From positions 6,976,001 to 7,040,000 of the forward strand of contig OZ245006.1 of assembly GCA_965223545.1 (NCBI GenBank): a stretch of 64,000 nt of DNA, written 5' to 3'. The translations under genes and the position numbers were made by a program. The stretch comes from Planctomycetota bacterium. Lineage in GTDB: Bacteria > Planctomycetota > UBA1135 > UBA2386. Under the pieces are notes generated by a model. The model had not been told where the DNA came from, made no database searches, and was given only the letters and a program-made list of their open reading frames with translations. Each line of letters starts with the position of its first letter. The stretch's first letter is position 1. This document shows positions 21,468 through 31,154 of the stretch, one piece after another.

Positions 21468-23108
21468 ATGGCGCGTCACCCCCTGATCCCCTGCGCGATG
21501 CTGGCGCTCGCCCTGGCGGTGCCGGGGCAGCGCTTCGCCGATCGGGCGGGCTCTGCCGGGGGGGCGCGCGGGTTGTCGTTGGCCCGGGGAGTGCCGTCGC
21601 CGCTGCTCTACCTGTCGATCCAGCCCCACGGCGGTCGCCATCGGGGCGTGCAGGTGCGCCGCTTGCTGACCGACCCGACGCTGAGCCGCTGGCTCGGTCT
21701 GGGGCAGCTGGCCGCTGCCGACCGGGACCAGGCCAGCGACACGCTCGGGCTGGCGAGTGATCTGTTGGGGCGCACCGAAGCGCTCGGCGGCGGCATGGAG
21801 CTCGCGTGCACCGGCGTGGCGGCGCGCGGCATCCCGCTGCTGGTGTTTCGCGCCGACCTGGGCGACGAGGTGGCTGCCCGGTTGGCTTCGCTGTTGCGCC
21901 GGCCGGAGATCGCCACCGAGCACCGCGAGGTCAACGGCCATCGCACGTTCTTCCCCAAGCTCGGCGAGCGCGCACGCGGCGTGCCTCCGATCGAGCTCGC
22001 GTTGGTCGAGGATCAGCTGCTGGTCAGCAACGACGGGACGACGCTGACCGCGCTGCTCGGCGGCAGCCGGCGCACGCGGGCCGGCGGGGTGCCGCTGGCG
22101 CGGCAGGCCGCGTTTCGGTCGCTGCGCGCCCGGCTCGACGTCGGCCCCGGATCGATGGTGGTGTACGCCGACCTCGCGCAGTTGAGCAGCCACGCCTGGG
22201 GTGGCGGGCGGTCTGGAACGCACTGGTTGCTGCGCTGGTCGGGGTTGTCGACGACGGCGCGGTTGGCCTGCGCGATCCAGCCCGCCGCGCAGGCACTGCG
22301 CACCACGGTGCTGCTCGATGACGGTGGCGCCACGGATGGCTGGTGGCACACGGCGACGCAGGTCAAGGCGCACCGCCTCGTCACCCGACTGCCCGTCGTC
22401 GATGCTGGCGGGATCGTGCTGGCCGTCGAGGCGGAGCGCGTGCTGGGCGATGGCACGGTCGCGGCGCACGCCGGTGCCGGGCTGGCGGCGTTGCGCGCGG
22501 CGCTCACCGACGGCTGCAGCCAGCTGGGCTTGGAGCCGGGAGCGCCGCTGTTCGAGCGGCTCGGCGACACCCTGGCGATCGCCCTGCTGGGTGGCCGGGG
22601 ATCGGGCGAGCAGGTCGGCGCCGACCCGGGCCTCGCTGCGCTGCAGCCCGCCTACTCGCTGCATGCCAAGAGTGCCGCTGCGGCGCGCTCATTGTTCGGC
22701 GAGTGCGTGCAGCGCGTCGAGGAACGTGGCGTCGAGGCGGAGCAGCACCGCGAAGACGGCGGTGCGGAGCTGCTGCGATTCCGCCCCGGCGCGCCCGACT
22801 CGCTGTGGCTCTCGGTACTCGACGATGCACTCGTGTTGGGCGCCGAGCGGATGCCGATCGACCGGCTGCACGCTGCCGCGGGCCGGAGCGCCGAGCACCG
22901 GCGCGCGCGCCGGCGCGCGTCCAACGTCCTCGGTCGCCTCGGTGTGTTCCGCGCGCCGGTTCTCGGCGTGTTCCGCGTCGATCTATCGCCAAGGGATCGC
23001 GCCGCCGACCCGGATGCGGCCGGTGGATCGCTGGTCGAGCGGAGCCACGTCGGCTTCCTGCAGCGGACCGAGGGCCTGCTGCGCGTCGAGATGGAGACCG
23101 AGCTGTGA
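21468..23108 (+). CDS. Exported hypothetical protein
   Basis: Long ORF with hydrophobic N-terminus and normal composition; no family recognised. Confidence 0.6.
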   Translation: MARHPLIPCAMLALALAVPGQRFADRAGSAGGARGLSLARGVPSPLLYLSIQPHGGRHRGVQVRRLLTDPTLSRWLGLGQLAAADRDQASDTLGLASDLLGRTEALGGGMELACTGVAARGIPLLVFRADLGDEVAARLASLLRRPEIATEHREVNGHRTFFPKLGERARGVPPIELALVEDQLLVSNDGTTLTALLGGSRRTRAGGVPLARQAAFRSLRARLDVGPGSMVVYADLAQLSSHAWGGGRSGTHWLLRWSGLSTTARLACAIQPAAQALRTTVLLDDGGATDGWWHTATQVKAHRLVTRLPVVDAGGIVLAVEAERVLGDGTVAAHAGAGLAALRAALTDGCSQLGLEPGAPLFERLGDTLAIALLGGRGSGEQVGADPGLAALQPAYSLHAKSAAAARSLFGECVQRVEERGVEAEQHREDGGAELLRFRPGAPDSLWLSVLDDALVLGAERMPIDRLHAAAGRSAEHRRARRRASNVLGRLGVFRAPVLGVFRVDLSPRDRAADPDAAGGSLVERSHVGFLQRTEGLLRVEMETEL

Positions 23109-23220
23109 TCTCTGCCTCGTCGACTTCTCGCCGTCGCGGCGAACTCGCGGCCGGTTGCGGCGTATGGAAACAACGCCGCGGGCGGAGCTCTGCTTCCGAC
23201 CCGGGGCAATCGTCACGCGT

Positions 23221-23358
23221 TTTCGTGGCCGGAGGCTGCTCTTCAAAGGGGCAGGCAGGAGCAGCCTCCGGCGTCTTTCACGTTGAGAATCGAGTTTCGT
23301 TGGACGCCGGGTGCCGTTCCTCAAGGGGCAGGCAGGGATGGCACCCGGTGTTCGTTTT
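23221..23358 (+). repeat. Tandem hairpins sharing the loop CAA(A)GGGGCAGGC
   Basis: Stems 23228-23243/23257-23272 and 23302-23321/23334-23353. Confidence 0.7.
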
Positions 23359-23479
23359 CCGATTGTAGGCGAAAAATGCCGCGGTTTGGGGCGAACGGGC
23401 GCCCGTCGCCCTCCATCGTGGAGGACCTCGTCGTCGTGACCGCCGCGGCACCGGACGGCCGGCGTCGTCGGGTCGCCGC

Positions 23480-25048
23480 GTGAAGTCCGCAGTCGACAAC
23501 CCTGTCCCGCTCCCGCGAGGGGCCGCGCTGCCGCGCACCGATCGCTTCTCGCCGAGAGGGCGACCGCGGCGATCGCGCCGAAGCCGGCGACGGGCGGCCG
23601 TACTGGTCGGGGTCCACGTGGCCGCGCTACTGCACATCGCACATTGGCAGGTGGCGGGCGAAACCCTGTCGCCGCTCGAGCCGTCCGAAGCGATGCAGAC
23701 GCTGGAGCTCGGCTACGTCAACGCCGGCTTCTTGCTGTTTGCGTTGGCGATCGTCGCGACCTTGCTGCTCGGGCGCTTCTTCTGCGGCTGGGCGTGCCAT
23801 CTGGTCGCCTACCAGGACTTGTGCGCCGCGTTGCTGGCGCGCATCGGCCTGCGCCCGCGCGCGGTGCGTTCTCGCGTCCTCGTCCTGGTCCCGCTCGGTG
23901 CCGCGCTCTACATGTTCGTCTGGCCGCTCGTCGCGCGGTGGTGGAGCGGCGCGCCGGCGCCACCCCTGGTGCTGCACCTGACGACCGACGCGTTTTGGAG
24001 CACGTTTCCCGGTCCCTGGATCGCCGCCCTCACCTTCCTGGTCGACGGATTCTTGATCGTCTACTGGCTCGGTGGAAAAGCGTTCTGTGCCTACGGCTGC
24101 CCCTACGGGGCGGTGTTCGGCATCGCCGAGCGGTTCGCGCCCGGGCGCATCCGGGTCGACGACCGGTGCGAGACGTGCGGCCACTGCACCGCGGTCTGCA
24201 CCAGCAACGTGCGCGTGCACGAAGAGGTCGCGCGCTTCTCGATGGTCGTCGATCCGAGCTGCATGCGCTGCATGGACTGCGTCGATGTGTGTCCCAAGGG
24301 CGCGCTCTCCTTCGGCTTCGGTGCCCCCTCGCTGCGCCGTGCGCGGGCCGCCGCCGGCCGGCGCCGCGCCGACTTCTCGATTGCCGAGGAAGTCGCGCTG
24401 ACGCTGGTGTTCCTCGGCTCGCTCTACGCCCTGCGCCGGGCCTACTCGGTCGTGCCGCTTCTGCTGGCACTCGGTCTCGCGGTGCTCGTCGCGGTGTTCG
24501 TCGTCATCGGCTGGCGTCTGCTGCGGCGGCGCGATCTGCAGCTGCAGGGCCGCGTCCTCAAGGAAGACGGGCAACTCACCGGGGCGGGGCAGAGGGTTGC
24601 GCTCGGCGTCGTCTTGGCGGTGGCCGCCGTGCTGCACACCGGCGTCGTCCAGCTGCAAGTCGACCGCGGCAACGGCCACGCCCAGCGGGCGATGCTGGCG
24701 GCGGCCGGCAGCCGGGAGCGGGCGGTCGGCCTGGCGCACGCACGTGCCGCACTGCAGCGCGCGCACTCCTGGGGCGTTGTCGCCGATCCGGCGGTGCTGC
24801 ACGCGTTGGGGTTGGTCGCTCGCGAGCAGGGCGACCTCGACGCGGCTGAGGAGTTTCTGCGCGCGGCGCTCGCGCACCGGCCGGATTGGCCATCGGCAGT
24901 GGTGCCGCTCACCGATCTGCTGGCGTTGCGCGGGGCTTGGCCCGAGGCGGAGGAGCGCCTGCGCGCGGTGCTGCGCGCGGAGCCGGATTGTCAGCCGGCG
25001 CGCACCCGCCTCGAGCTGCTGCAGCGGCGCCAGGAGACCGGGCGCTGA
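23480..25048 (+). CDS. Membrane 4Fe-4S binding protein (NapH/YccM-like) with C-terminal TPR
   Basis: GRFFCGWAC, FCAYGCPYG, CETCGHCTAVC, CMRCMDCVDVCP; TPR-like tail. Confidence 0.85.
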   Translation: MKSAVDNPVPLPRGAALPRTDRFSPRGRPRRSRRSRRRAAVLVGVHVAALLHIAHWQVAGETLSPLEPSEAMQTLELGYVNAGFLLFALAIVATLLLGRFFCGWACHLVAYQDLCAALLARIGLRPRAVRSRVLVLVPLGAALYMFVWPLVARWWSGAPAPPLVLHLTTDAFWSTFPGPWIAALTFLVDGFLIVYWLGGKAFCAYGCPYGAVFGIAERFAPGRIRVDDRCETCGHCTAVCTSNVRVHEEVARFSMVVDPSCMRCMDCVDVCPKGALSFGFGAPSLRRARAAAGRRRADFSIAEEVALTLVFLGSLYALRRAYSVVPLLLALGLAVLVAVFVVIGWRLLRRRDLQLQGRVLKEDGQLTGAGQRVALGVVLAVAAVLHTGVVQLQVDRGNGHAQRAMLAAAGSRERAVGLAHARAALQRAHSWGVVADPAVLHALGLVAREQGDLDAAEEFLRAALAHRPDWPSAVVPLTDLLALRGAWPEAEERLRAVLRAEPDCQPARTRLELLQRRQETGR

Positions 25049-25127
25049 CCTCGCTCGCACGCCGCGCTCGACGGCCGTAGAGTGCGGTCCCGCTTCGCAC
25101 CTCTCCGGCCAGGTGCCGGTTGCCACG

Positions 25128-26897
25128 ATGCACGATTCTCGCCCCACCCTGTTCGCGATCCTCACCGCAGCATTGGCGGTCCCCGCCGCTGCCCAGTCCG
25201 AGGCCCAGGCTTCGGTTGCCGTTCCGGTGGCGCCGGACCTCGCCGCCGCGATCCGGGCCGAGGGTCTGGAGCGCAGCCAGGTGATGCAGTTCCAAGAGGA
25301 GCTGTGCCACAACATCGGCGCGCGGCTGACCGGTAGCGACGCGTTCACCCTCGCCTGCGACTGGGCGCTGGATCGATTCGCCGAGATGGGCTTGGCGGCG
25401 CGGCTCGATGGTTGGGCGGAGTGGCAGTTGGTGTGGAATCGAGGCCAGTGGAGCGGACGGGTGCTCGAGCCCGAGGCGTTCGATCTGCAGGTGGCAACGC
25501 CCGCGTGGACCGCGCCGACGCGGGGTCAGGTCGCGGGGCGGCTGTGGCCGATGCCGAGCACCAGCGCCGCGCTCGAGGAGTACGAAGCGCTCGACGACGC
25601 CGTCTACCTGTGGGGGCCGCGGCCCGAGGGAGAGGAGAACGAAGCGCTGCGCGAGGCGCTCGACGCCGCGTTGGCGGCGCGGCCGCCGTTGGGGTTGGTC
25701 CAATCCGCGCGGTCGACCGGCCGCACCGACGAGCGCTACAGCGATCAGATCCGGGTGTTCGGCAACTCGATCACCGCACGGGGCAGCTGGGACAAGCGGC
25801 CGACGGTGCCGGAGATCATCGTCCGCGACGACCAGGCCGCCCGCATCGACGGTCTGCTCGCGGCGGGCCCGGTGCGCGTCCAGTTCGAGATCCGCAACCG
25901 CTTCCGGCCCGGGCCGATCGCGCTGCACAACGTGATCGCCGACTTGGTCGGCACCGAGAAGCCCGACGAGATGGTGATCGTCTGCGGGCACCTCGACTCG
26001 TGGCACCAGGCCACCGGCGCGACCGACAACGGCACCGGCGTGTGCTCCACCATGGAGGCGGCGCGCATTCTCGCCGCCGTCGGGGCGCGGCCAAAGCGCA
26101 CGATTCGCTTCGTCCTGTGGGGCGGCGAGGAGCAGGGCTTGCTCGGCTCGGCGGCGTACGTGCGGCGCAACCGCGCCGACATGAAGAACGTGTCGGCGGT
26201 CCTCAACCACGACACGGGCACCAACTGGGCCAACAGCCTGTCGGTGACGCACGCCATGCGGCCGTTGTTCGAGGCGGTGCTGGCGCCGGTGCAGGAGCTC
26301 GCGCCGCCGCAGGAGGGCCACGAGGGGCCGACCTTCACGCTGCGCTCTGCGCCGACGATGAGTGGTGGTTTCGGCGGCAGCGACCACGCCAGCTTCTTGT
26401 CGGCCGGGGTGCCTGCCTGGTCCTGGGGGCTCACCGGTGTCAACGAGTACGGTTACGGGTGGCACAGTCAGTGGGACACCTTCGACATCGTCATCCCCGA
26501 GTACCAACGCCACACCGCCACGGTCGTCGCGCTGACCGCGCTCGGCTTGGCCAACCTCGACGAGCTCTTGCCGCGCGAGGGCGTGCGGCGCACCGGCGGC
26601 GGGCTGGCGTCCTACTTCCGCGAGTGGTTCGGCTGGAGCGTCGACGACCGCGATGGAGCGATCGTGGTCACCGAGGTCGTCGCCGAGGGGCCGGCGGCGG
26701 CAGCGGGGGTGGAGGTGGGTGACGTGCTGCTCGAGGTCTGGGGGCAGGAGATCGGCTCCGAGATCGACCTCTACCGCGCCTACCGCCGCCGGCAGGCCGA
26801 CGCGCCCTTGGCCCTGCGCTGCCGCCGCGGCGAGGCCGAGCTCGAGCTGGTCGCGGCGGGCGATTCCGGCGGCGACGGCGTCCCGCGGCCCCGCTGA
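25128..26897 (+). CDS. M28 family metallopeptidase with C-terminal PDZ-like domain
   Basis: GHLDSW, GATDNGTG, GEEQGLLGS, SDHASF; GPAAAAGVEVGDVLLEV. Confidence 0.88.
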   Translation: MHDSRPTLFAILTAALAVPAAAQSEAQASVAVPVAPDLAAAIRAEGLERSQVMQFQEELCHNIGARLTGSDAFTLACDWALDRFAEMGLAARLDGWAEWQLVWNRGQWSGRVLEPEAFDLQVATPAWTAPTRGQVAGRLWPMPSTSAALEEYEALDDAVYLWGPRPEGEENEALREALDAALAARPPLGLVQSARSTGRTDERYSDQIRVFGNSITARGSWDKRPTVPEIIVRDDQAARIDGLLAAGPVRVQFEIRNRFRPGPIALHNVIADLVGTEKPDEMVIVCGHLDSWHQATGATDNGTGVCSTMEAARILAAVGARPKRTIRFVLWGGEEQGLLGSAAYVRRNRADMKNVSAVLNHDTGTNWANSLSVTHAMRPLFEAVLAPVQELAPPQEGHEGPTFTLRSAPTMSGGFGGSDHASFLSAGVPAWSWGLTGVNEYGYGWHSQWDTFDIVIPEYQRHTATVVALTALGLANLDELLPREGVRRTGGGLASYFREWFGWSVDDRDGAIVVTEVVAEGPAAAAGVEVGDVLLEVWGQEIGSEIDLYRAYRRRQADAPLALRCRRGEAELELVAAGDSGGDGVPRPR

Positions 26898-27000
26898 CCG
26901 GGGCGTCCGCTCGGCGCGGCACAGCCGTTGCCAATGGCCGTTGCGGCGCTCGCACCGGTGGGGCTTTCGCCGAACTCGCGCGGAGGCGCCCGGTGGGGCG

Positions 27001-27009
27001 TGCTATATT
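27001..27009 (+). promoter_or_regulatory. Putative extended -10 element
   Basis: TG-C-TATATT 33 nt upstream of the radical SAM start. Confidence 0.35.
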
Positions 27010-27042
27010 CCTCGGGGCACCAGGGACGAGAACACCGTGGCC

Positions 27043-28617
27043 ATGAAGATCCAGCTGATCCATCCGCCGGTCTACATCAACAAGAGCGGACTGACGGCAC
27101 TGCGGCCGAGTCTGCCGTTGGGGTTGGCCTACATCGCGGCAGTGCTGCTGGAGGACGGTCACGACGTGTCGGTGATCGACGCCCTGGCGCTGGCGCCCGA
27201 GCGCATGGTCCCCGAGGGCGACATCTGGCGCCTGGGGCTGGCGCCGGAGGAGATCGTCGAGCGGATCGATGCCGACGTCGAGGCGATCGGCCTGACCAAC
27301 ATGTGGTCGTACTCGTGGCCGATCGTGCGCGCGTTGATCCACCGGATCCGCGAGCGGTTCCCCACCGTGCCGATCGTCTGTGGTGGTGAGCACTTCACGG
27401 CCACGGCGGCGCACTCGATGGATGAAGCACCGATCGACTACATCGTGATGGGCGAGGGCGAAGAGACCGCGTTGGCCTTGTTCCGCGCGCTCGAGATGAA
27501 GCTCGACACCTCGGTGATCCCCGGCATCGCCTACCGCGGCGCGGATGGCGGCTTGGTGCAGAACGAACGGCGCGACCGCATCCGCAACATCGACGAGCTG
27601 CCGTGGCCGGCGTGGCAGCTGTTCGACGTGGCCGCCTACGACGCGCACAAGTTCGTCACCGGCATCCACTACGGCCGGACGGTGCCGATCCTCGCCACCC
27701 GCGGCTGCCCCTACCAGTGCACGTACTGCTCGTCGCCGGGGATGTGGACCACGCGCTGGTACGCGCGCACGCCCACCGACGTCGCCGACGAGATCGAGTT
27801 CTACTTCCACCACTTCGGCGCGAGCAATTTCCCGTTCCAGGACCTCACCGCGATCCTCAAGCGGGACTGGGTGGTCGAGTTCGCCGGGGAGATCATGCAG
27901 CGCGGCTTGCGCATCACCTGGCAGCTGCCGGCCGGCACGCGCTCGGAGATCATCGACGACGAAGTCGCCCGCTTGCTCGTCGAGTCCGGCTGCCGCTCGA
28001 TCAACTTCGCGCCGGAGTCCGGCTCGGAGCGGACGCGCAAGCACATGAAGAAGATGCTGACCGACAAGAAGCTGTTCCGCGCCGTCGACGCCGCGGTGAA
28101 GAACGGCCTCAACGTCGGTTGCTTCCTGGTGCTCGGCTATCCGACCGACGAGAAGCAGGACATGCGCGCGACCACGCGGATGATCCGCCGGCTGGCGCGT
28201 GCCGGCGTCGACGATGTCAGCGCGGGCTTCTTCTTTCCGCTGCCCAACACCGAGATCACGCGGGAGCTGGAGCAGCGCGGCAAGGTCACCCTGGACGACG
28301 ACTTCCTCAAGCTGCCGGTGTTCGTGCACAACCGCTACATGAGCGATGCGCGCAACTACTGCGACCATCTGTCGGCGCGGCAGATGACGCGGTGGAAGTA
28401 CTGGATCGTCGCCAACTTCTACGCCACGTCGTTCGTCTGCCACCCAGGCCGAGTGTTCCGCATCTTCTGGAACTTCCTGCGCGGCCGGGAGACCTCGAAG
28501 ATGGAGTCGTTCCTGCACGAGACCGCGCGCAAGTTCAAGCTGCGGCGCCGGCAGCGGGGCGAAGAGACGGAGGCGTCGGCGCGAGACCGCGTCGCGGCCG
28601 GCAGCCTGCCCCATTAG
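27043..28617 (+). CDS. Cobalamin-binding radical SAM protein
   Basis: PLGLAYIAA, GGEH, GEGE, RGCPYQCTYC. Confidence 0.92.
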   Translation: MKIQLIHPPVYINKSGLTALRPSLPLGLAYIAAVLLEDGHDVSVIDALALAPERMVPEGDIWRLGLAPEEIVERIDADVEAIGLTNMWSYSWPIVRALIHRIRERFPTVPIVCGGEHFTATAAHSMDEAPIDYIVMGEGEETALALFRALEMKLDTSVIPGIAYRGADGGLVQNERRDRIRNIDELPWPAWQLFDVAAYDAHKFVTGIHYGRTVPILATRGCPYQCTYCSSPGMWTTRWYARTPTDVADEIEFYFHHFGASNFPFQDLTAILKRDWVVEFAGEIMQRGLRITWQLPAGTRSEIIDDEVARLLVESGCRSINFAPESGSERTRKHMKKMLTDKKLFRAVDAAVKNGLNVGCFLVLGYPTDEKQDMRATTRMIRRLARAGVDDVSAGFFFPLPNTEITRELEQRGKVTLDDDFLKLPVFVHNRYMSDARNYCDHLSARQMTRWKYWIVANFYATSFVCHPGRVFRIFWNFLRGRETSKMESFLHETARKFKLRRRQRGEETEASARDRVAAGSLPH

Positions 28618-28644
28618 GACGTCCGCAGCGAAAGGTCGAACGCG

Positions 28645-30267
28645 GTGAGGAGTCTGCTGTGGCGATCGCTGCTGCTGGTCGTGGCGACCGCCGTGCTGTT
28701 GGAGCTCCTGCTGCAGGCGGGCGCGGTGGTGGTCTACCTCGCGCACGGGCGCGCGCCCGAGACCAGCGCCGGCGGCCGCGGTGCCGTCCTCTGTGTCGGT
28801 GACTCCTTCACCTACGGTGCGGGGGCGACGACGCCGGCGGGCAGCTATCCGGCGGCGATGCAGCGCGCGGCGCGGGACGAGCACGGTCTCGAGATCGAGG
28901 TCATCAACGCAGGGTGGCCCGGCCAGACCTCGCTCGACATCGTCTGCGGCCTCGAGGCGCAGCTGCAGGAGCACCGGCCGGCCGCGGTTTGCATTGCGGT
29001 CGGGGTCAACGACCGCTGGAGTCGGCCGGGCGCGTGGGACGGGGCGACCGTCGATCCTGAGTCGACGGTGCCGCCGGGTCGAGGCTTTCGCCTGCTTTGG
29101 CGCACGGGACGCCTGATCGACTGGGTGCTGCAGGACGGCACTGCCTGGCAGCCGCCGAGCGAGACGCCGTCACCGTGGAGCCGCGACCGTGGATCGGAGG
29201 TCACCACGGCGATGGTGGACCTTGGCCACCGCATTCTCGCCGGCGAGGGATTGTTGGCGGACGAGCAGGGAAAGGTGGCGGTGGTCGCGCCGGAGTGGCG
29301 TGACGTCGTCCACTCCGCCGAGCGGTTGCTGTACGAAAGCAAGTTCGGCGCGGCGGAGGAGATGGCCTCGGTGGCCTTGCACGATGGGCGCGCCGTCGCG
29401 CTGTTTCCGGCGCTGGTGAACGCGCGCGTGCGGCGTGGTGACCGAGCGGGCGCACTGGCTGCCGTGGAAGTGCTGCAGCGGCGCGTGCGCGCGGAGCGGG
29501 CGACCGAGCTCGAGACCGTGGGGCCGCTGCTCACCTGCCTGGATCTGGTCGGCGCCTGGGACGATGCGTTGGCCCTGGCTCGCGCGGTGGCCCAGGTGAA
29601 CCCCGATTGGATCGAGCCGTGGCGCGTGATGGGGCGGATCTACTTCAAGCGCGACCGCGGCCTCGCCGAGCGCGCCTTCCGGCAGTACGTGCGGCTGCAG
29701 CCGCGCGGGGCGTTGCGGTGGGCCGGACGGCCGCTGCGGGTGGTGGGGCAGATCCACGCTGCCACCGACGCGGCCGCCGCAGCCCGCATCGTCGCGGCGG
29801 CGAGCTTGCTCGACGGCAAGCTGTCGCCCGGTGTGCTGGCCGCCCGCGCGAACGAGTTCGACTGGCGCGCGTTCCGTGCCGTCGCGGCGGATCCCGATCT
29901 CGACGACCCGGGCCGTGCGCTCTTGGTCGCCATCGAAACCGAAGTTCTTTCCGATACCGAGGGAGCGGTCACCGAGGTGCTCGAGGCGAATCTGGCGCAC
30001 GCCGTCGCCCTTTGTCGGGCGGCCGGCGCGCGGGCCATCCTGGTCGGGTACCCGCTGGCGCTGAGCGAGCTGGAAGCCGCCATGCGCGCCGTCGCGGACC
30101 GGCTGCAGGTCCCATTCGTGTGCGTCGCCGACGCCATTACGGAGGCGCTGCGCACCGCGAGTCGCGGCGACCTGTTCGTCGCCGATGGCCATTGCAGCGA
30201 CGCGGGCTACGCGGTGATGGGGCGCGCGGTGGCGCCCGTCGTCGGCGAAGTGCTCGGTGGTCAGTAG
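28645..30267 (+). CDS. SGNH/GDSL hydrolase with internal TPR-like insertion
   Basis: GDSFTYG, NAGWPG, GVND, C-terminal DGHC; helical region in between. Confidence 0.8.
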   Translation: MRSLLWRSLLLVVATAVLLELLLQAGAVVVYLAHGRAPETSAGGRGAVLCVGDSFTYGAGATTPAGSYPAAMQRAARDEHGLEIEVINAGWPGQTSLDIVCGLEAQLQEHRPAAVCIAVGVNDRWSRPGAWDGATVDPESTVPPGRGFRLLWRTGRLIDWVLQDGTAWQPPSETPSPWSRDRGSEVTTAMVDLGHRILAGEGLLADEQGKVAVVAPEWRDVVHSAERLLYESKFGAAEEMASVALHDGRAVALFPALVNARVRRGDRAGALAAVEVLQRRVRAERATELETVGPLLTCLDLVGAWDDALALARAVAQVNPDWIEPWRVMGRIYFKRDRGLAERAFRQYVRLQPRGALRWAGRPLRVVGQIHAATDAAAAARIVAAASLLDGKLSPGVLAARANEFDWRAFRAVAADPDLDDPGRALLVAIETEVLSDTEGAVTEVLEANLAHAVALCRAAGARAILVGYPLALSELEAAMRAVADRLQVPFVCVADAITEALRTASRGDLFVADGHCSDAGYAVMGRAVAPVVGEVLGGQ

Positions 30268-31154
30268 CCCAGGTGCTGCTCGGCGGGGCGGCCGAAGTCG
30301 CGCTGCCATTCCTGCTCGAGGGCGGTCGAGAGCTCCGGCGGCAGCGGCCCATCGTCGCGCGCCCCCGCCAGAGCGACGACGTGCTCTGGCCGCTTGACCC
30401 CGAAGATCGCGCGGTCGACCGACGGGTGGTGGAGGATGAAGCGACTGGCGAGCTGGGGCAGCGGGATCGTCGACAGGCGGCGGATCGCTGCCAGCCGTTC
30501 GACCAGCGAGCTCAGCCGTTCGCCGGCCAGCCAGCCGGAACGGTGGTCGTCGGCCGCAAAGCGCGTGTCTCGCTCGATGTGGCCGCCGAGTAGGCCGGTG
30601 GCCAACGGCGAACGCGCCGCGAAGCAGACCCCGTCGCCGAGTTCACCGGCGCGCTGCAGCGCGCCCATCGACAGCAGGTTGGCGTCGTCCTGCACCACGT
30701 CGAACCGCTGCAACAGCGGCAAGGGATAGTCGTGACCCTTGGCCAGGCTGATGCCGCGCCGCTCGATGTGGCCGGCCTGCACCAGCTCGTCGAACAAGGC
30801 CAGCACGGCATCGTAGTCCCCGATCTCGTCGCGCGGATTGTGCAGGTAGAGCGTGTGGATGCGTTCGACCCGCAGTCGCCGCAGGCTCGCCTCCACCGAT
30901 CGGCGCAGGTCGTCGACCGCGAAGCTCTTGCCGATGCCGGGCTGGTTGCCGCATTTGGTGCTGATGCGCACTCCCGGCATGAGGCCCAGCTCGGTGCCCA
31001 GGCAGCGCTCGGCGAAGCCGTCGCCGTAGTTGGGTGCGGTGTCGAACTCCCAGAACCCGAAGTCGACGCAAGCGCGCAACGTGCGCGCGACCTGCTCGAG
31101 GCCGATGGCGCCGAAGTCGCCGCTCAGCGGCCAGCTGCCGATGACGATGGACAT
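30261..31154 (-). CDS. Aldo/keto reductase
   Basis: FDTAPNYGDG, ISTKCG, SLRRL..YLHNP, SPLATGLL. Confidence 0.9.
   Translation of the reverse strand: MSIVIGSWPLSGDFGAIGLEQVARTLRACVDFGFWEFDTAPNYGDGFAERCLGTELGLMPGVRISTKCGNQPGIGKSFAVDDLRRSVEASLRRLRVERIHTLYLHNPRDEIGDYDAVLALFDELVQAGHIERRGISLAKGHDYPLPLLQRFDVVQDDANLLSMGALQRAGELGDGVCFAARSPLATGLLGGHIERDTRFAADDHRSGWLAGERLSSLVERLAAIRRLSTIPLPQLASRFILHHPSVDRAIFGVKRPEHVVALAGARDDGPLPPELSTALEQEWQRDFGRPAEQHLGY

Noticed and set aside
23200..23280. c-di-GMP-I riboswitch or SRP RNA
   Set aside because: Only short motif resemblance (GCAGCCTCCGG, AGCAG); the required helices and tetraloops are missing.
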